A stretch of 64,000 nt of DNA from positions 639,452-703,451 of the forward strand of contig CAWCIZ010000002.1 of NCBI GenBank assembly GCA_963795855.1, read 5' to 3'. Position 1 is the stretch's first letter. Each line of letters begins with the position of its first letter. Both the position numbers and the translations under genes were made by a program. Shown in pieces: positions 9,054 to 19,657 of this stretch. Source of the DNA: Vulcanimicrobiota bacterium. Its GTDB lineage: Bacteria > Vulcanimicrobiota > Vulcanimicrobiia > Vulcanimicrobiales > Vulcanimicrobiaceae. Below the pieces are notes generated by a model, which worked only from the letters and a program-made list of their open reading frames with translations, was not told the DNA's origin and made no database searches.

Positions 9054-10089
9054 GGACTATGCGTTTCGTGGAGCGAAGCCGCGAGAGACTGGACTCTCCG
9101 AGTGCGAACATCGCTATTCGCAAGACTTCGATGAATTCGCGCGCGAGTTGCGACGCCGCTTCGTACCCGGCTGCCGCCGCGCGCAAGAACGGTCCTGCGA
9201 CGCCGACGATGTCGGCACCCAATGCAAGCGCTTTGACGGCGTCGATTCCGGTGCGAATGCCGCCGCTCGCGATGAGCAAGCCGTACGGTCCCATGCCGAC
9301 TGCACCGCGCAGACATTCCGCCGTCGGTATTCCCCATCCCCCAAAGGACGCTGCGATGTTCGCGCGCCACGGCTCCGCGATGCGATGGCGCTCGACTTCG
9401 CTCCAGGACGTTCCACCGGCGCCTGCGAGGTCGACAGCCGCTACGCCCGCTTCGAAGAGCGCGTGCACTTCATCGGGTGCGATGCCCCAGCCGACTTCTT
9501 TCACGACGACGGGTGCGTCGAGTTTCGAGCAAACCGCCGCAATCTTGTCAATCAGTCCGCGAAAGCACGTGTCGCCTTCGGGCTGCACCGCCTCCTGCAG
9601 CGCGTTCAAGTGCAGCACCAGCGCATCGGCATGCAGCATGTCGACGAGCCTCCGGCAGTGCTCGATGCCGTACCCCTTGTTCAATTGTACCGCGCCCAAG
9701 TTTGCCAGAAGCGCGACGTCGGGAGCGAGAGAACGCACGTCGAACGTGTCGAGCAGCTGCGGATCTTCGAGCAGCGCGCGTGCCGAGCCCAGACCCATGG
9801 CCAAACGATGCTCCTGCGCGGCTTGCGCGATCGCGCGATTTATCGCTCGCGCTTCCGGCGTTCCGCCCGTCATGCACGAAATCAGCAACGGCGCGCGCAG
9901 CGAACGTCCGAACAACGTGCACGACGTGTCTACGTCGTCGAGATCGATTTCAGGCAGCGCGCAATTGATCAGGCGGTACTCGTCGAAGCCGCTTTCGACC
10001 CCTTTGCCGGCTACGTCGCGTTCGAGATTGATGCGAAGGTGATCGGCTTTACGCGAAGTCGTGCCGCTATCGCGATCGAGTTGCGACGT
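9040..10089 (-). CDS. fni: Type 2 (FMN-dependent) isopentenyl-diphosphate delta-isomerase
   Basis: RKADHL, MTGG, ANLGAVQL, HLNALQEAVQPEGD, KEVGWG, GAGGTSW. Start inferred at ACG 10089 behind GAGGTG. Confidence 0.93.
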   Translation of the reverse strand, partial: TSQLDRDSGTTSRKADHLRINLERDVAGKGVESGFDEYRLINCALPEIDLDDVDTSCTLFGRSLRAPLLISCMTGGTPEARAINRAIAQAAQEHRLAMGLGSARALLEDPQLLDTFDVRSLAPDVALLANLGAVQLNKGYGIEHCRRLVDMLHADALVLHLNALQEAVQPEGDTCFRGLIDKIAAVCSKLDAPVVVKEVGWGIAPDEVHALFEAGVAAVDLAGAGGTSWSEVERHRIAEPWRANIAASFGGWGIPTAECLRGAVGMGPYGLLIASGGIRTGIDAVKALALGADIVGVAGPFLRAAAAGYEAASQLAREFIEVLRIAMFALGESSLSRLRSTKRIVRDRS

Positions 10090-11125
10090 AATAGGCCACC
10101 TCTTCGAAGGCTTCGCGCGCTTCTGCTCCGATACCGCTGCGTTCCACGACGCTTACCGCCTTCGCGGCATACCGTTCGGCCGTCACACGCGTAAGCTCAT
10201 CGCAGCCCACTTCATCCAGCAGAGCGCGCAGTTTCGGTTCCGGATCCTCCTGCCGCGCGCGGAAGATTTCGCGAAGCCGCCGCCGCTGCAGCGTCGACAT
10301 GACGCCCAGTCCCGCAACGACCGGATACGTCATTTTGAACCGGCCCGCGTCCCCGCTGCTCGATTTTCCCGTGATCGAGGGATTGCCGTACATTCCGAGC
10401 CAGTCGTCGCGGATTTGGAATGCCGTGCCGAGCAAACGGCCCGCGCGGCGAAAAAGCGCGGCCGATGCTTCGTCTGCACCGGCAAGCACCGCGCCGGACT
10501 CGACGCTGGCGCCGAGAAGTGCTCCCGTTTTGGCGGCGACCATGCGCAGGTACGCGCGCAGCGTCGTGTCGATCTGCCCTTCCAGTTCAAGATCCAGGCA
10601 TTGCCCTTCGATGACGATCAAACCGGCCGACGCAATCGCCGCAACGGCGCGCAGCGCACGCTCCGAATGCTTCGCGCCTTGCGCTACGGAGTAAAACGCG
10701 AGCGTCTGCATCGCATCGCCCGCGTTGATGGCTTGCGGGATTCCCCAAAGCGACCACACGGTTTCGCGCCCGTGACGCTTGCGATCGCCGTCCTGTATGT
10801 CGTCGTGCACGAGCGTGAAATTATGGAACCATTCGATCGCCGCAGCCGCCGGAAGCGCTTCCACCGCCTCGGATCCGAGCGCGGAGCAGGCCCACAAGCA
10901 CAAGCTCGGGCGAACCAGTTTGCCGGTTTTGACCGTAGTCGGGCGGCCGGCTTCGTCGGCCCAGCCCATGTGATAAGCCACCATCTTTCCCGAAAGCCGG
11001 GAAAACGGCAGCGTGCGCCCGCGCATGTATTCGGCGATGAGGGAACGATGGCGGCTGAGCAGCAGCGGCTCGACGTCCGCGTTGCCCGCCGCAGCATGCG
11101 CTCTCGGCTCGGGATGTGCCTGTAT
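10067..11125 (-). CDS. Polyprenyl (FPP/GGPP) diphosphate synthase
   Basis: GKLVRP, LVHDDIQDGDRKRHGR, GQCLD, KTGAL, FQIRDD. Start inferred at ATA 11125; first ATG is at 11026. Confidence 0.92.
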   Translation of the reverse strand: MQAHPEPRAHAAAGNADVEPLLLSRHRSLIAEYMRGRTLPFSRLSGKMVAYHMGWADEAGRPTTVKTGKLVRPSLCLWACSALGSEAVEALPAAAAIEWFHNFTLVHDDIQDGDRKRHGRETVWSLWGIPQAINAGDAMQTLAFYSVAQGAKHSERALRAVAAIASAGLIVIEGQCLDLELEGQIDTTLRAYLRMVAAKTGALLGASVESGAVLAGADEASAALFRRAGRLLGTAFQIRDDWLGMYGNPSITGKSSSGDAGRFKMTYPVVAGLGVMSTLQRRRLREIFRARQEDPEPKLRALLDEVGCDELTRVTAERYAAKAVSVVERSGIGAEAREAFEEVAYYVATRSR

Positions 11126-11290
11126 ATCCGGACTCCTCTATGGACGTCGGCTACTCGTAGTTCACTTTCCCACCCGGTTGCTTCACTACACGAAGCCGCC
11201 GAGACCAAAACGCTTGGCCGCCGGAGCGCGTCCGGCCTGCGAGCCGTGACCGAGGCCCGCGCAACCGCCGTGACGCATTAGTGCGCCAGC

Positions 11291-12151
11291 ATGCGCGAGC
11301 TCATCGTAACCGCCGACGATTTCGGTTTGGCCCTGCCCGTGAATGAGGCCGTCGAGCGCGGACATCGCGACGGCATTTTGTCCTCGGCGAGTCTAATGGT
11401 TGCGGCGCCGGCAACCGACGAGGCCGTAGAGCGCGCGCGGCGTCTGCCCAGCTTGCGCGTCGGCTTGCACGTGGTTCTGGTGAACGGACGCCCGGCGCTG
11501 CCGCCGGAGCGCGTGCCCGCACTGGTCGACGCCGAAGGCAAGTTCGAAACGAATCTCTTTCGAGCCGGCGTGCGGTACTTTCTCACTCCGGGCATTCGCA
11601 AACAGCTCGAAGCGGAGATTCGCGCGCAATTCGCCGCGTTCGCGGCAACCGGGTTGCCGCTCGATCACGTCAACGCGCAGAATCACTTTCACGTGCACCC
11701 GACCGTGCTCTCGCTGATCGTGAAAGTAGGCCGCGACTACGGAGCGCGGGCGATTCGCATTCCGCGGGAACCGTTCTGGCCGTCGTGGCGCGCGATGCAA
11801 AGCGATGCACCTGCGCGTTTTGCGAACGCCGCGTTTCTGCTCCCCTGGCTGCGTCTGATGCGCGCGCGCCTGCGGCGCGCCGGAATCGCGAGCAACGATT
11901 ACGTCTTCGGGATGAACGACACGGGACGCATGACGCCCGAACGCGTGCGCAAATTTCTCGCGCAGCTCCCGCCGGGCGTGTCCGAATTGTACGTGCATCC
12001 CGCGACGCAGCTCTGGCCCGGCGCGTTTCCGCCGACGTACGATTTCGCGGGCGAGTTTGCGTCGCTCGTCGATCCTCAGGTGATGTCGCAACTGCGGCGC
12101 TCGGACGTGCGCGCTACGAGCTTCACCGAATTGGCGGCGCATGCCCGGTAA
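11291..12151 (+). CDS. hpnK: Hopanoid-associated YdjC/ChbG-family deacetylase
   Basis: LIVTADDFGL, VGLHVVL, DHVNAQNHFHVHP, ELYVHP; next to hpnI. Confidence 0.88.
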   Translation: MRELIVTADDFGLALPVNEAVERGHRDGILSSASLMVAAPATDEAVERARRLPSLRVGLHVVLVNGRPALPPERVPALVDAEGKFETNLFRAGVRYFLTPGIRKQLEAEIRAQFAAFAATGLPLDHVNAQNHFHVHPTVLSLIVKVGRDYGARAIRIPREPFWPSWRAMQSDAPARFANAAFLLPWLRLMRARLRRAGIASNDYVFGMNDTGRMTPERVRKFLAQLPPGVSELYVHPATQLWPGAFPPTYDFAGEFASLVDPQVMSQLRRSDVRATSFTELAAHAR

Positions 12152-13310
12152 CGCGTTGAAGGCTCTCTCGTTCGCCGCTGCTGCCGGCACGTTCGCGGGG
12201 CTCGCGTACACCGCATTGGCTCTCGCGCGCGTCCGCGGCTTTCGCAATCTGCAGCGCAAACGGCGCGGCAGCTTGCCGACACCGCTCACGATGCTCAAAC
12301 CGCTGTGCGGGCTGGAACCGAATCTCTTCGAAAACCTCTGCTCGTTTTGCGATCAGGAGTACGGGCCGTATCAAGTCGTCTTCGGCGCGGCCGACCACGC
12401 CGATCCCGCGCTGGAGATCGCGCGCGCGGTTGCCGCGCGGTTTCCCGATCGCGACATTGAAATTCTCAGTGGCAATGCGCAGCCGGCCGGCAATCCGAAG
12501 ATCGGAAATCTGCTCGGCATGATCGGACGCGCGCGCAACCCGATTATCGTCATCGCGGACAGCGATATTTGCGTGGGGCGCGATTACGCGCAAGCGGTCG
12601 CGAGTTGCTTCGACGACCCGCATACGGGGGCAGCGACGTGCGCGTACGGCGGCACGCCGCGTGCTTCGTTCGCCTCGCGTCTGGGCGCACTGCACGTGAA
12701 CGATCACTTCTCTCCGTCGGTGCTCGTCGCGGCGGCGCTGGAACCGCTTACGTATTGTTTGGGCGCGACGATGGCCGTACGCGCCGGCGTGCTGAACGAA
12801 ATCGGCGGCCTTGCGGCTTTGGCCGACTGTTTGGCCGACGACTACGTCCTGGGCAAACTGGTTGCGGATCGCGGATATCGCGTAGCGCTGGTGCCGTACG
12901 CGGTGCAAACGAGCGTCTCCGACGATTCCCTGAGCGCGTTGTGGCGGCACGAATTGCGGTGGGCGCGCGCGATTCGCGGACAGCGGCCCGCCGGTTATGC
13001 CGGGTCGATCGTGACGTACGTTCTGCCGTTTGCGGCGACGTTCGCCTTGACGTCGCGCACCGCGCTTTCGAGCGTCGCACTCGTGCTCGCGGCGACGCTT
13101 CGGGTGTTGCTGCACCTCGAGGCGCGTGAGGCGTTTGCTCCGCGAACCCCGGCGGCGCCGTGGCTCATTCCGCTGCGGGAAGCGTTCGGGGTAGCGGTGT
13201 GGGCCGGGAGCTTCTGCGGCACTCGCGTAGAGTGGAAAAATGACCGGTATCACTTGACCGCGGGCGGTCGTATGGCAAGGGCCCAAGGGAAATGTAACGA
13301 TTGCGTATAG
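12141..13310 (+). CDS. hpnI: Bacteriohopanetetrol glucosamine glycosyltransferase (ceramide glucosyltransferase-like)
   Basis: LKPLCG, NPKIGNL, IADSD, LADDY, ELRWARAIR. Confidence 0.9.
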   Translation: MPGNALKALSFAAAAGTFAGLAYTALALARVRGFRNLQRKRRGSLPTPLTMLKPLCGLEPNLFENLCSFCDQEYGPYQVVFGAADHADPALEIARAVAARFPDRDIEILSGNAQPAGNPKIGNLLGMIGRARNPIIVIADSDICVGRDYAQAVASCFDDPHTGAATCAYGGTPRASFASRLGALHVNDHFSPSVLVAAALEPLTYCLGATMAVRAGVLNEIGGLAALADCLADDYVLGKLVADRGYRVALVPYAVQTSVSDDSLSALWRHELRWARAIRGQRPAGYAGSIVTYVLPFAATFALTSRTALSSVALVLAATLRVLLHLEAREAFAPRTPAAPWLIPLREAFGVAVWAGSFCGTRVEWKNDRYHLTAGGRMARAQGKCNDCV

Positions 13311-13399
13311 GCTTAGGGCGAAGGACCCAACGTCTGCGCAAGTCGTGCCGTCGGATTGTCGATATGAAACGTTGAATGGACGACATCAAAGGACGGAAC

Positions 13400-13564
13400 A
13401 TGAACGAACGCACGCTCGTAGCTCTCGATACCGACGACTCGTTTTTCAACGACTGGGTGCTGGATTTGTACAGCTTGGAGCGCTGCGCGTCCGATCGCTG
13501 GAACGACAAGATTTGGGCCGGCGTGCAGCCGACCTACGCGAGCATCTTGATTCGCGAAAACTAG
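13400..13564 (+). CDS. Small acidic hypothetical protein (54 aa)
   Basis: AAAGGA SD-like sequence before ATG 13400; followed by a terminator. Confidence 0.55.
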   Translation: MNERTLVALDTDDSFFNDWVLDLYSLERCASDRWNDKIWAGVQPTYASILIREN

Positions 13565-13585
13565 CGAACCGCGAGTTGCCTTAAA

Positions 13586-13618
13586 GAAAAAACGGCGCGA
13601 AGCACGCGCCGTTTTTTC
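13586..13618. terminator. Bidirectional intrinsic terminator
   Basis: AAAAAA-CGGCGCG-aagca-CGCGCCG-TTTTTT between convergent genes. Confidence 0.9.
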
Positions 13619-13633
13619 GTACCGGAGACTGCG

Positions 13634-15064
<1,431 letters not shown>

Positions 15065-15148
15065 GGCCCCGTTATCTTCGCCCGGGACGCGGTTTTCTGC
15101 CTGGATAAACGTCTGAACCGCCCGAAAAAGACGGCGGCGCCTGCCCGC

Positions 15149-15691
15149 TTACCGCCCTTTGAAAGCCGCCCGCCCGCTCGTTACACCGAGTTCTCGCGTC
15201 TCGAGCACCTCGAACACCGTCAGCGGAAAGCGCGGGTCGTAGTCGCGTTTGCTGCAGCGGCCGCAACTCATCGCCGCAGCCGGCAGGCGTTTGCGCAGCA
15301 GTTCCAGCGTGCATTTCTCGCAGCGCAGAATGTAGCGCTTGACGCTTTCGTTGTACGGCCGCACGCTGCCGAGATCGTGATAGATCGAGGTCATACCGCA
15401 GTCGCGCATCTTGCGCCGGAAATCGGTGCCGTGCCCCGTGTCGCCGTTGCGGTCGTACAGCCACGCGTGAATCATTTCGTGCAGAAGCGTTTCGCGCAGC
15501 GCTTCCCGGTTTGCGCGAAAGTGCTTGGGCGACAATTCGATGAGCAGCGGACGCTCGCTGTAGGTTATACGCCCGGCGGAATTCGAAAACCGCGCATTGT
15601 AGCGAATGCGGCACACCGGGACTTCCCCGTTGAAGTGGTAGTTGTTGAGTTCGGCAAAGAGCAGCTGGAGATCGGTTTCCGAAGGCAGCAC
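15149..15691 (-). CDS. SprT-family zinc metalloprotease with C-terminal zinc ribbon
   Basis: LLHEMIH, GHGTDF, CEKC and CGRC. Confidence 0.88.
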   Translation of the reverse strand: MLPSETDLQLLFAELNNYHFNGEVPVCRIRYNARFSNSAGRITYSERPLLIELSPKHFRANREALRETLLHEMIHAWLYDRNGDTGHGTDFRRKMRDCGMTSIYHDLGSVRPYNESVKRYILRCEKCTLELLRKRLPAAAMSCGRCSKRDYDPRFPLTVFEVLETRELGVTSGRAAFKGR

Positions 15692-15726
15692 GAAGAGTTT
15701 GTTCGGCGCGCGTCCAAACGATTCTT

Positions 15727-16156
15727 GTGGCTCGGACTACGCAGCGCGGCTTACCGCCGCGCGTTTACATTCCCGTGATGGTCGTCGTCGCCGCCGCCTT
15801 CTTGGCGGCGATGGGATATCTTCTGCACACGGCCTTTTCCACGGGAGGGTCGGTGTTCGGAGCGGCGACGGGCTCGGGCAACCGAGCCGCGACCGCGACG
15901 GCGGCGCCCCCCGCGGTAAACGTCGAAGGCGGCGGACCGCCGGCGGCCGTACGCACGCAGGCTCGCGGATCTGCGCGCGCGCATCGCGCGCAACCCGAAA
16001 GACGACGTCGCCCTCACGCAGCTCGGCGACATGTATTTGGCGGTAGGAAAATACGAGGACGCCATGCCGTTTTACAAACGCGCGCTCGCAGTCAATCCGG
16101 GCAACGTCGCAGCAAAAGAAGGCTTGAGTGAAGCGGAAAGCGAGAGCAAACAGTAG
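15727..16156 (+). CDS. Membrane-anchored TPR protein (one frameshift near 15960)
   Basis: N-terminal hydrophobic helix. After the shift: ALTQLGDMYLAVGKYEDAMPFYKRALAVNPGN, a TPR repeat. Confidence 0.75.
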
Positions 16157-16990
16157 TGCGACTCTACATATCGTGTGACATGGAAGGCACAGCAGGCGTC
16201 TGCAGTCTGGATGCAGTGCGATCCTTCCAACCGGCACGAATATCCGATCTATCGCCGCTACATGTCGCAAGAGGTACGCGCGGCAATCGACGGCGCGCGC
16301 GATGCCGGAGCCGCCGACGTGCTCGTCAACGATTCGCACTGGGACATGCGCAATCTGCTATGGGACGAACTGCCGCCCGACGTTCGCGTCGTTTCCGGCG
16401 GACGTAAGCCGTTTTCCATGGCCGAACGGCTCGGCCCCGGGTTCGACGGCGCGTTTTTTACCGGGTATCACGCGCGTGTCGGCGCCGCCAATGGTGTGCT
16501 CGCACATACGTACACCGCAGACAGTCTCTACAACGTGCGGATGAACGGCGAACTTTGCAGTGAGGCGTTGCTCAATGCGGCCATGGCGGGACAGTATGGC
16601 ATCCCGCTTCTTCTCGTCAGCGGCGATCGCGTGGTCGTCGATCACGTCAAAGCGTATATGCCGTGGGTCGAAGGCGTCGTCGTCAAGGAAGGCATCGGTC
16701 ACTATGCGGCCGATTCGCTGACGCCGGCAGCTGCGCGATCCGCGCTGCGCGAAGGCGCGGCGCGGGCCGTCCGCAATGCAAAAAATGCCAAGCCTTTCGT
16801 CTTCGATCCGCCGATTACGATGGAAATCGAGACCACGCGCGTCGAGCAGGCGGACTTCATCGAACTGATGCCCGGCTTCGAACGCACCGACGGCCGGACC
16901 GTACGCTTCACGCACAGCGACTATCGGCAAGTTTTCCGCGCATTCGTCTGCGCATTCCGGCTGGGCGGGGCTGCGAGTGCCGTCGCCTAA
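16156..16990 (+). CDS. M55-family (DppA-like) D-aminopeptidase, copy 1 (frameshift near 16208)
   Basis: ISCDMEGTAG, VNDSH, FTGYH, LAHTY, SGD; split over two frames. Confidence 0.88.
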
Positions 16991-17042
16991 CCCGGCGCGC
17001 CCTCGGGGAATGCACGCGCTTGGAGCGGAGCGCCTTTAAAAA

Positions 17043-17879
17043 ATGAACCTCTATATTTCGTGCGACATGGAAGGCACCGCCGGCGTCTGCAGCTGGGAGC
17101 AGGTCGACGCGCGCAACTACAAGCCCGATTATTTCATCTACCGCAAGTACATGACGGCGGAAGTCTGCGCCGCAATCGCGGGCGCGCGCGATGCCGGTGC
17201 GAGCGGCATACTCGTCAACGACTCGCACGGCCCGATGCGCAATCTGCTTCTCGACGACTTACCGGAAGACGTTCGCGTCGTTTTCGGAAACCGCAAGCCG
17301 TTTTCTATGGTGCAGAACGTCGACGGCGGATTCGGCGGCGTCTTCTTCACCGGCTATCACGGCGGAATCGGCGAGGCGAATGCGACGCTGTGCCACACGT
17401 ATACGCCGTCCGTCGTTTACGAGGTGCGCATGAACGGGATCCGCTGCAGCGAAGCGACGCTCAACGCTGCGTTTGCCGGTCACTTCGGCGTTCCCGTGCT
17501 GCTGATCAGCGGCGATCGCGTCACGGTGGAAACCGCGAAAGAGCAGATGCCGTGGATAGCGGGCGTGATTGTGAAAGAAAGCATTGGCAACTACGCTGCC
17601 GATTCGATTTCGCCGCAAGCCGCCGCACTCGCGATTCGCGCCGCAGCGGCGGATGCGGTCAAAAACGCATCACGCGCCAAGCCCTACCGTTTCGAGCCGC
17701 CGGTAACGATGGAGATCGATCTCGCGCGGGTCGAGCAGGCCGACTACGTCGCGCTCATTCCGGGGTTCGAGCGCAGCGGCCCGCGGCAGGTGCGGTTTAC
17801 GCACGGCGACTACCCGACCGTTTTTCGAGCGTTCGTCGCCGCGTTTCGGTTAGGAGCGGTCGCGGACCAGCCCGCCTAA
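17043..17879 (+). CDS. M55-family (DppA-like) D-aminopeptidase, copy 2
   Basis: ISCDMEGTAG, VNDSHGPMRN, GYH, CHTY. Confidence 0.92.
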   Translation: MNLYISCDMEGTAGVCSWEQVDARNYKPDYFIYRKYMTAEVCAAIAGARDAGASGILVNDSHGPMRNLLLDDLPEDVRVVFGNRKPFSMVQNVDGGFGGVFFTGYHGGIGEANATLCHTYTPSVVYEVRMNGIRCSEATLNAAFAGHFGVPVLLISGDRVTVETAKEQMPWIAGVIVKESIGNYAADSISPQAAALAIRAAAADAVKNASRAKPYRFEPPVTMEIDLARVEQADYVALIPGFERSGPRQVRFTHGDYPTVFRAFVAAFRLGAVADQPA

Positions 17880-17895
17880 TTCGCGCCGAGCGCTT

Positions 17896-18249
17896 TCAAG
17901 ACGCGCGTTTTTCACGCGTCGCCATCGCGCCGCCGACGAATGCGCCCGCGCCCGCGAGCAACGCCGCCGCGTACGGATACCACGGCGGAATGCCCGGAAC
18001 CGGCGGCCGCTTCGAAAACGCGGCGGCAAGCATCGTGACGCAAATCACGACGACGCCCAGCACCGCCGCATGCAGAACGGGCCGCACGACGGCGATGCGC
18101 GCGGTAATCACTCCGGCGATGACGCCTGAAACGAACGTGACGAATTCCCCGCCGACGATCCCGCGAAAGATCAGGGCGCCGATCAGCTCGACGGCAAGCA
18201 GCGAGAGATATCCCAGCAAAACCGCCAGGACGGTACGACCGGGTTTCAA
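17896..18249 (-). CDS. Small four-helix membrane protein
   Basis: Hydrophobic helices; co-oriented 6 nt after the upstream gene. Confidence 0.7.
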   Translation of the reverse strand: MKPGRTVLAVLLGYLSLLAVELIGALIFRGIVGGEFVTFVSGVIAGVITARIAVVRPVLHAAVLGVVVICVTMLAAAFSKRPPVPGIPPWYPYAAALLAGAGAFVGGAMATREKRAS

Positions 18250-18255
18250 CCGAGG

Positions 18256-19653
18256 TCAGCCTGCGACCGCAGCCGGACGTCCGAGCGCGATCGCGATGTC
18301 GGTCAGTTCGTCCTCGCCGATGGAGAGACCGCGCATCGCCATTTCGTACGCGTCTATCGCTTCTTCACTCTTGCTGCTCGCGGCGCGTTCCTCACGGATG
18401 CGCTTGACTTCGTCCGTGACGCGGTGCGCGAGTGCGGGCGTAAGTTCGACGCCGCTCCGCGCGAGCTGCTCCTCGTGCTTGCGCAGCGTATCCTCGACGA
18501 GCGCCACACCCGAGTGCTTGCCGAACACCCACGTCGTTTCGGCGCCGACCAGCTGCGCCGGCACGGCTTCGTACATGCGGTGATCCACGAGCATCGCGTG
18601 GGTGTGGATTCCGGATTCGTGCGCGAAGACTTTGCTGCCGACTATCGGCTCGTGCTGCTGCATCGGCACGCCGCTTACGCGCTCCATGAACCGCGCGAGC
18701 TCGCGCAACTTGCCGTATTTGAAACCCGGAATTTCAATGCCGTACAGCACGTTCAGCGCGGTGACGAATTCGTGCAGTTTGACGTTCCCGGCGCGCTCTC
18801 CGTAGCCGTTCGCCGTCACGGAAACGACTTTGAAACCGCACGATACCGCGGTGATGGCGTTGATCGTTCCCAGGCCGTAGTCGTTGTGCAGATGACAGAC
18901 CATCGGCAAACCTTTGGGCATCGCATTCACGATACGCGTGCAGTACCAACGGGCGGCTTCCGGGGTCATGCATCCCACCGTGTCGGGCCACGCCGGCCGC
19001 GTGCCGCCCGCAGCCAAACCGGCCTTGAAATACTCGATGAAGTAATCCACGTCGCCGCGGCTGCCGTCTTCCGCGCCGAACTCGACCCGCGTAACGCCCT
19101 TGCCGCGCGCGTACCTGATGGCGTCGCACTGCATCTTGACGTTCGCGTTCCGGTAGAATTCGAGCGGCAAATCGAGCCACTCCGCCTCGTCCCTGCCTTC
19201 CAATTTCAGCAGCGTCTTGCCGATCTTGTACTTCAAGTGCAGGTCGCTTCCGCTCGTAAAGATGAAGAACGTCACCTCGGAAGCATCCACGTCGATCTCT
19301 TGCAAGGTGCGTATTGTGACGTCGATGTCGTGCGGATTGCAGCGGCACATGACGACGATCTCCACGTCACCGATCTCGCCCCGCCGCTTGGCTTCCATCA
19401 CCATCTGCAGCGTTTTGCAGTCGCCGGGGCTCGCCGCCGGAAAGCCGACGCTCATGATGTGCACGCCGATGTCCGCAAGCCGCTTCGCGATCTCGTATTT
19501 TTGTTCCGGCGTAAAGCAGATGCCCGGCATTTGCTCGCCGTCGCGAAGCGTTTCGTCGTAGATTCGGATCTGGGCAGCATCCGGGAAACGCAAGTGCTTG
19601 GTGAACTCGCGCGGATTACGAATAAGCCGATCGATCGGTTCCCGGAATTCCAT
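18256..19653 (-). CDS. DRE-TIM metallolyase (homocitrate/isopropylmalate synthase-like)
   Basis: DETLRDGEQ, HLHNDYG, GYGERAGN, HESGIH, FGKHSG. Confidence 0.88.
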   Translation of the reverse strand: MEFREPIDRLIRNPREFTKHLRFPDAAQIRIYDETLRDGEQMPGICFTPEQKYEIAKRLADIGVHIMSVGFPAASPGDCKTLQMVMEAKRRGEIGDVEIVVMCRCNPHDIDVTIRTLQEIDVDASEVTFFIFTSGSDLHLKYKIGKTLLKLEGRDEAEWLDLPLEFYRNANVKMQCDAIRYARGKGVTRVEFGAEDGSRGDVDYFIEYFKAGLAAGGTRPAWPDTVGCMTPEAARWYCTRIVNAMPKGLPMVCHLHNDYGLGTINAITAVSCGFKVVSVTANGYGERAGNVKLHEFVTALNVLYGIEIPGFKYGKLRELARFMERVSGVPMQQHEPIVGSKVFAHESGIHTHAMLVDHRMYEAVPAQLVGAETTWVFGKHSGVALVEDTLRKHEEQLARSGVELTPALAHRVTDEVKRIREERAASSKSEEAIDAYEMAMRGLSIGEDELTDIAIALGRPAAVAG

Positions 19654-19657
19654 GGCC

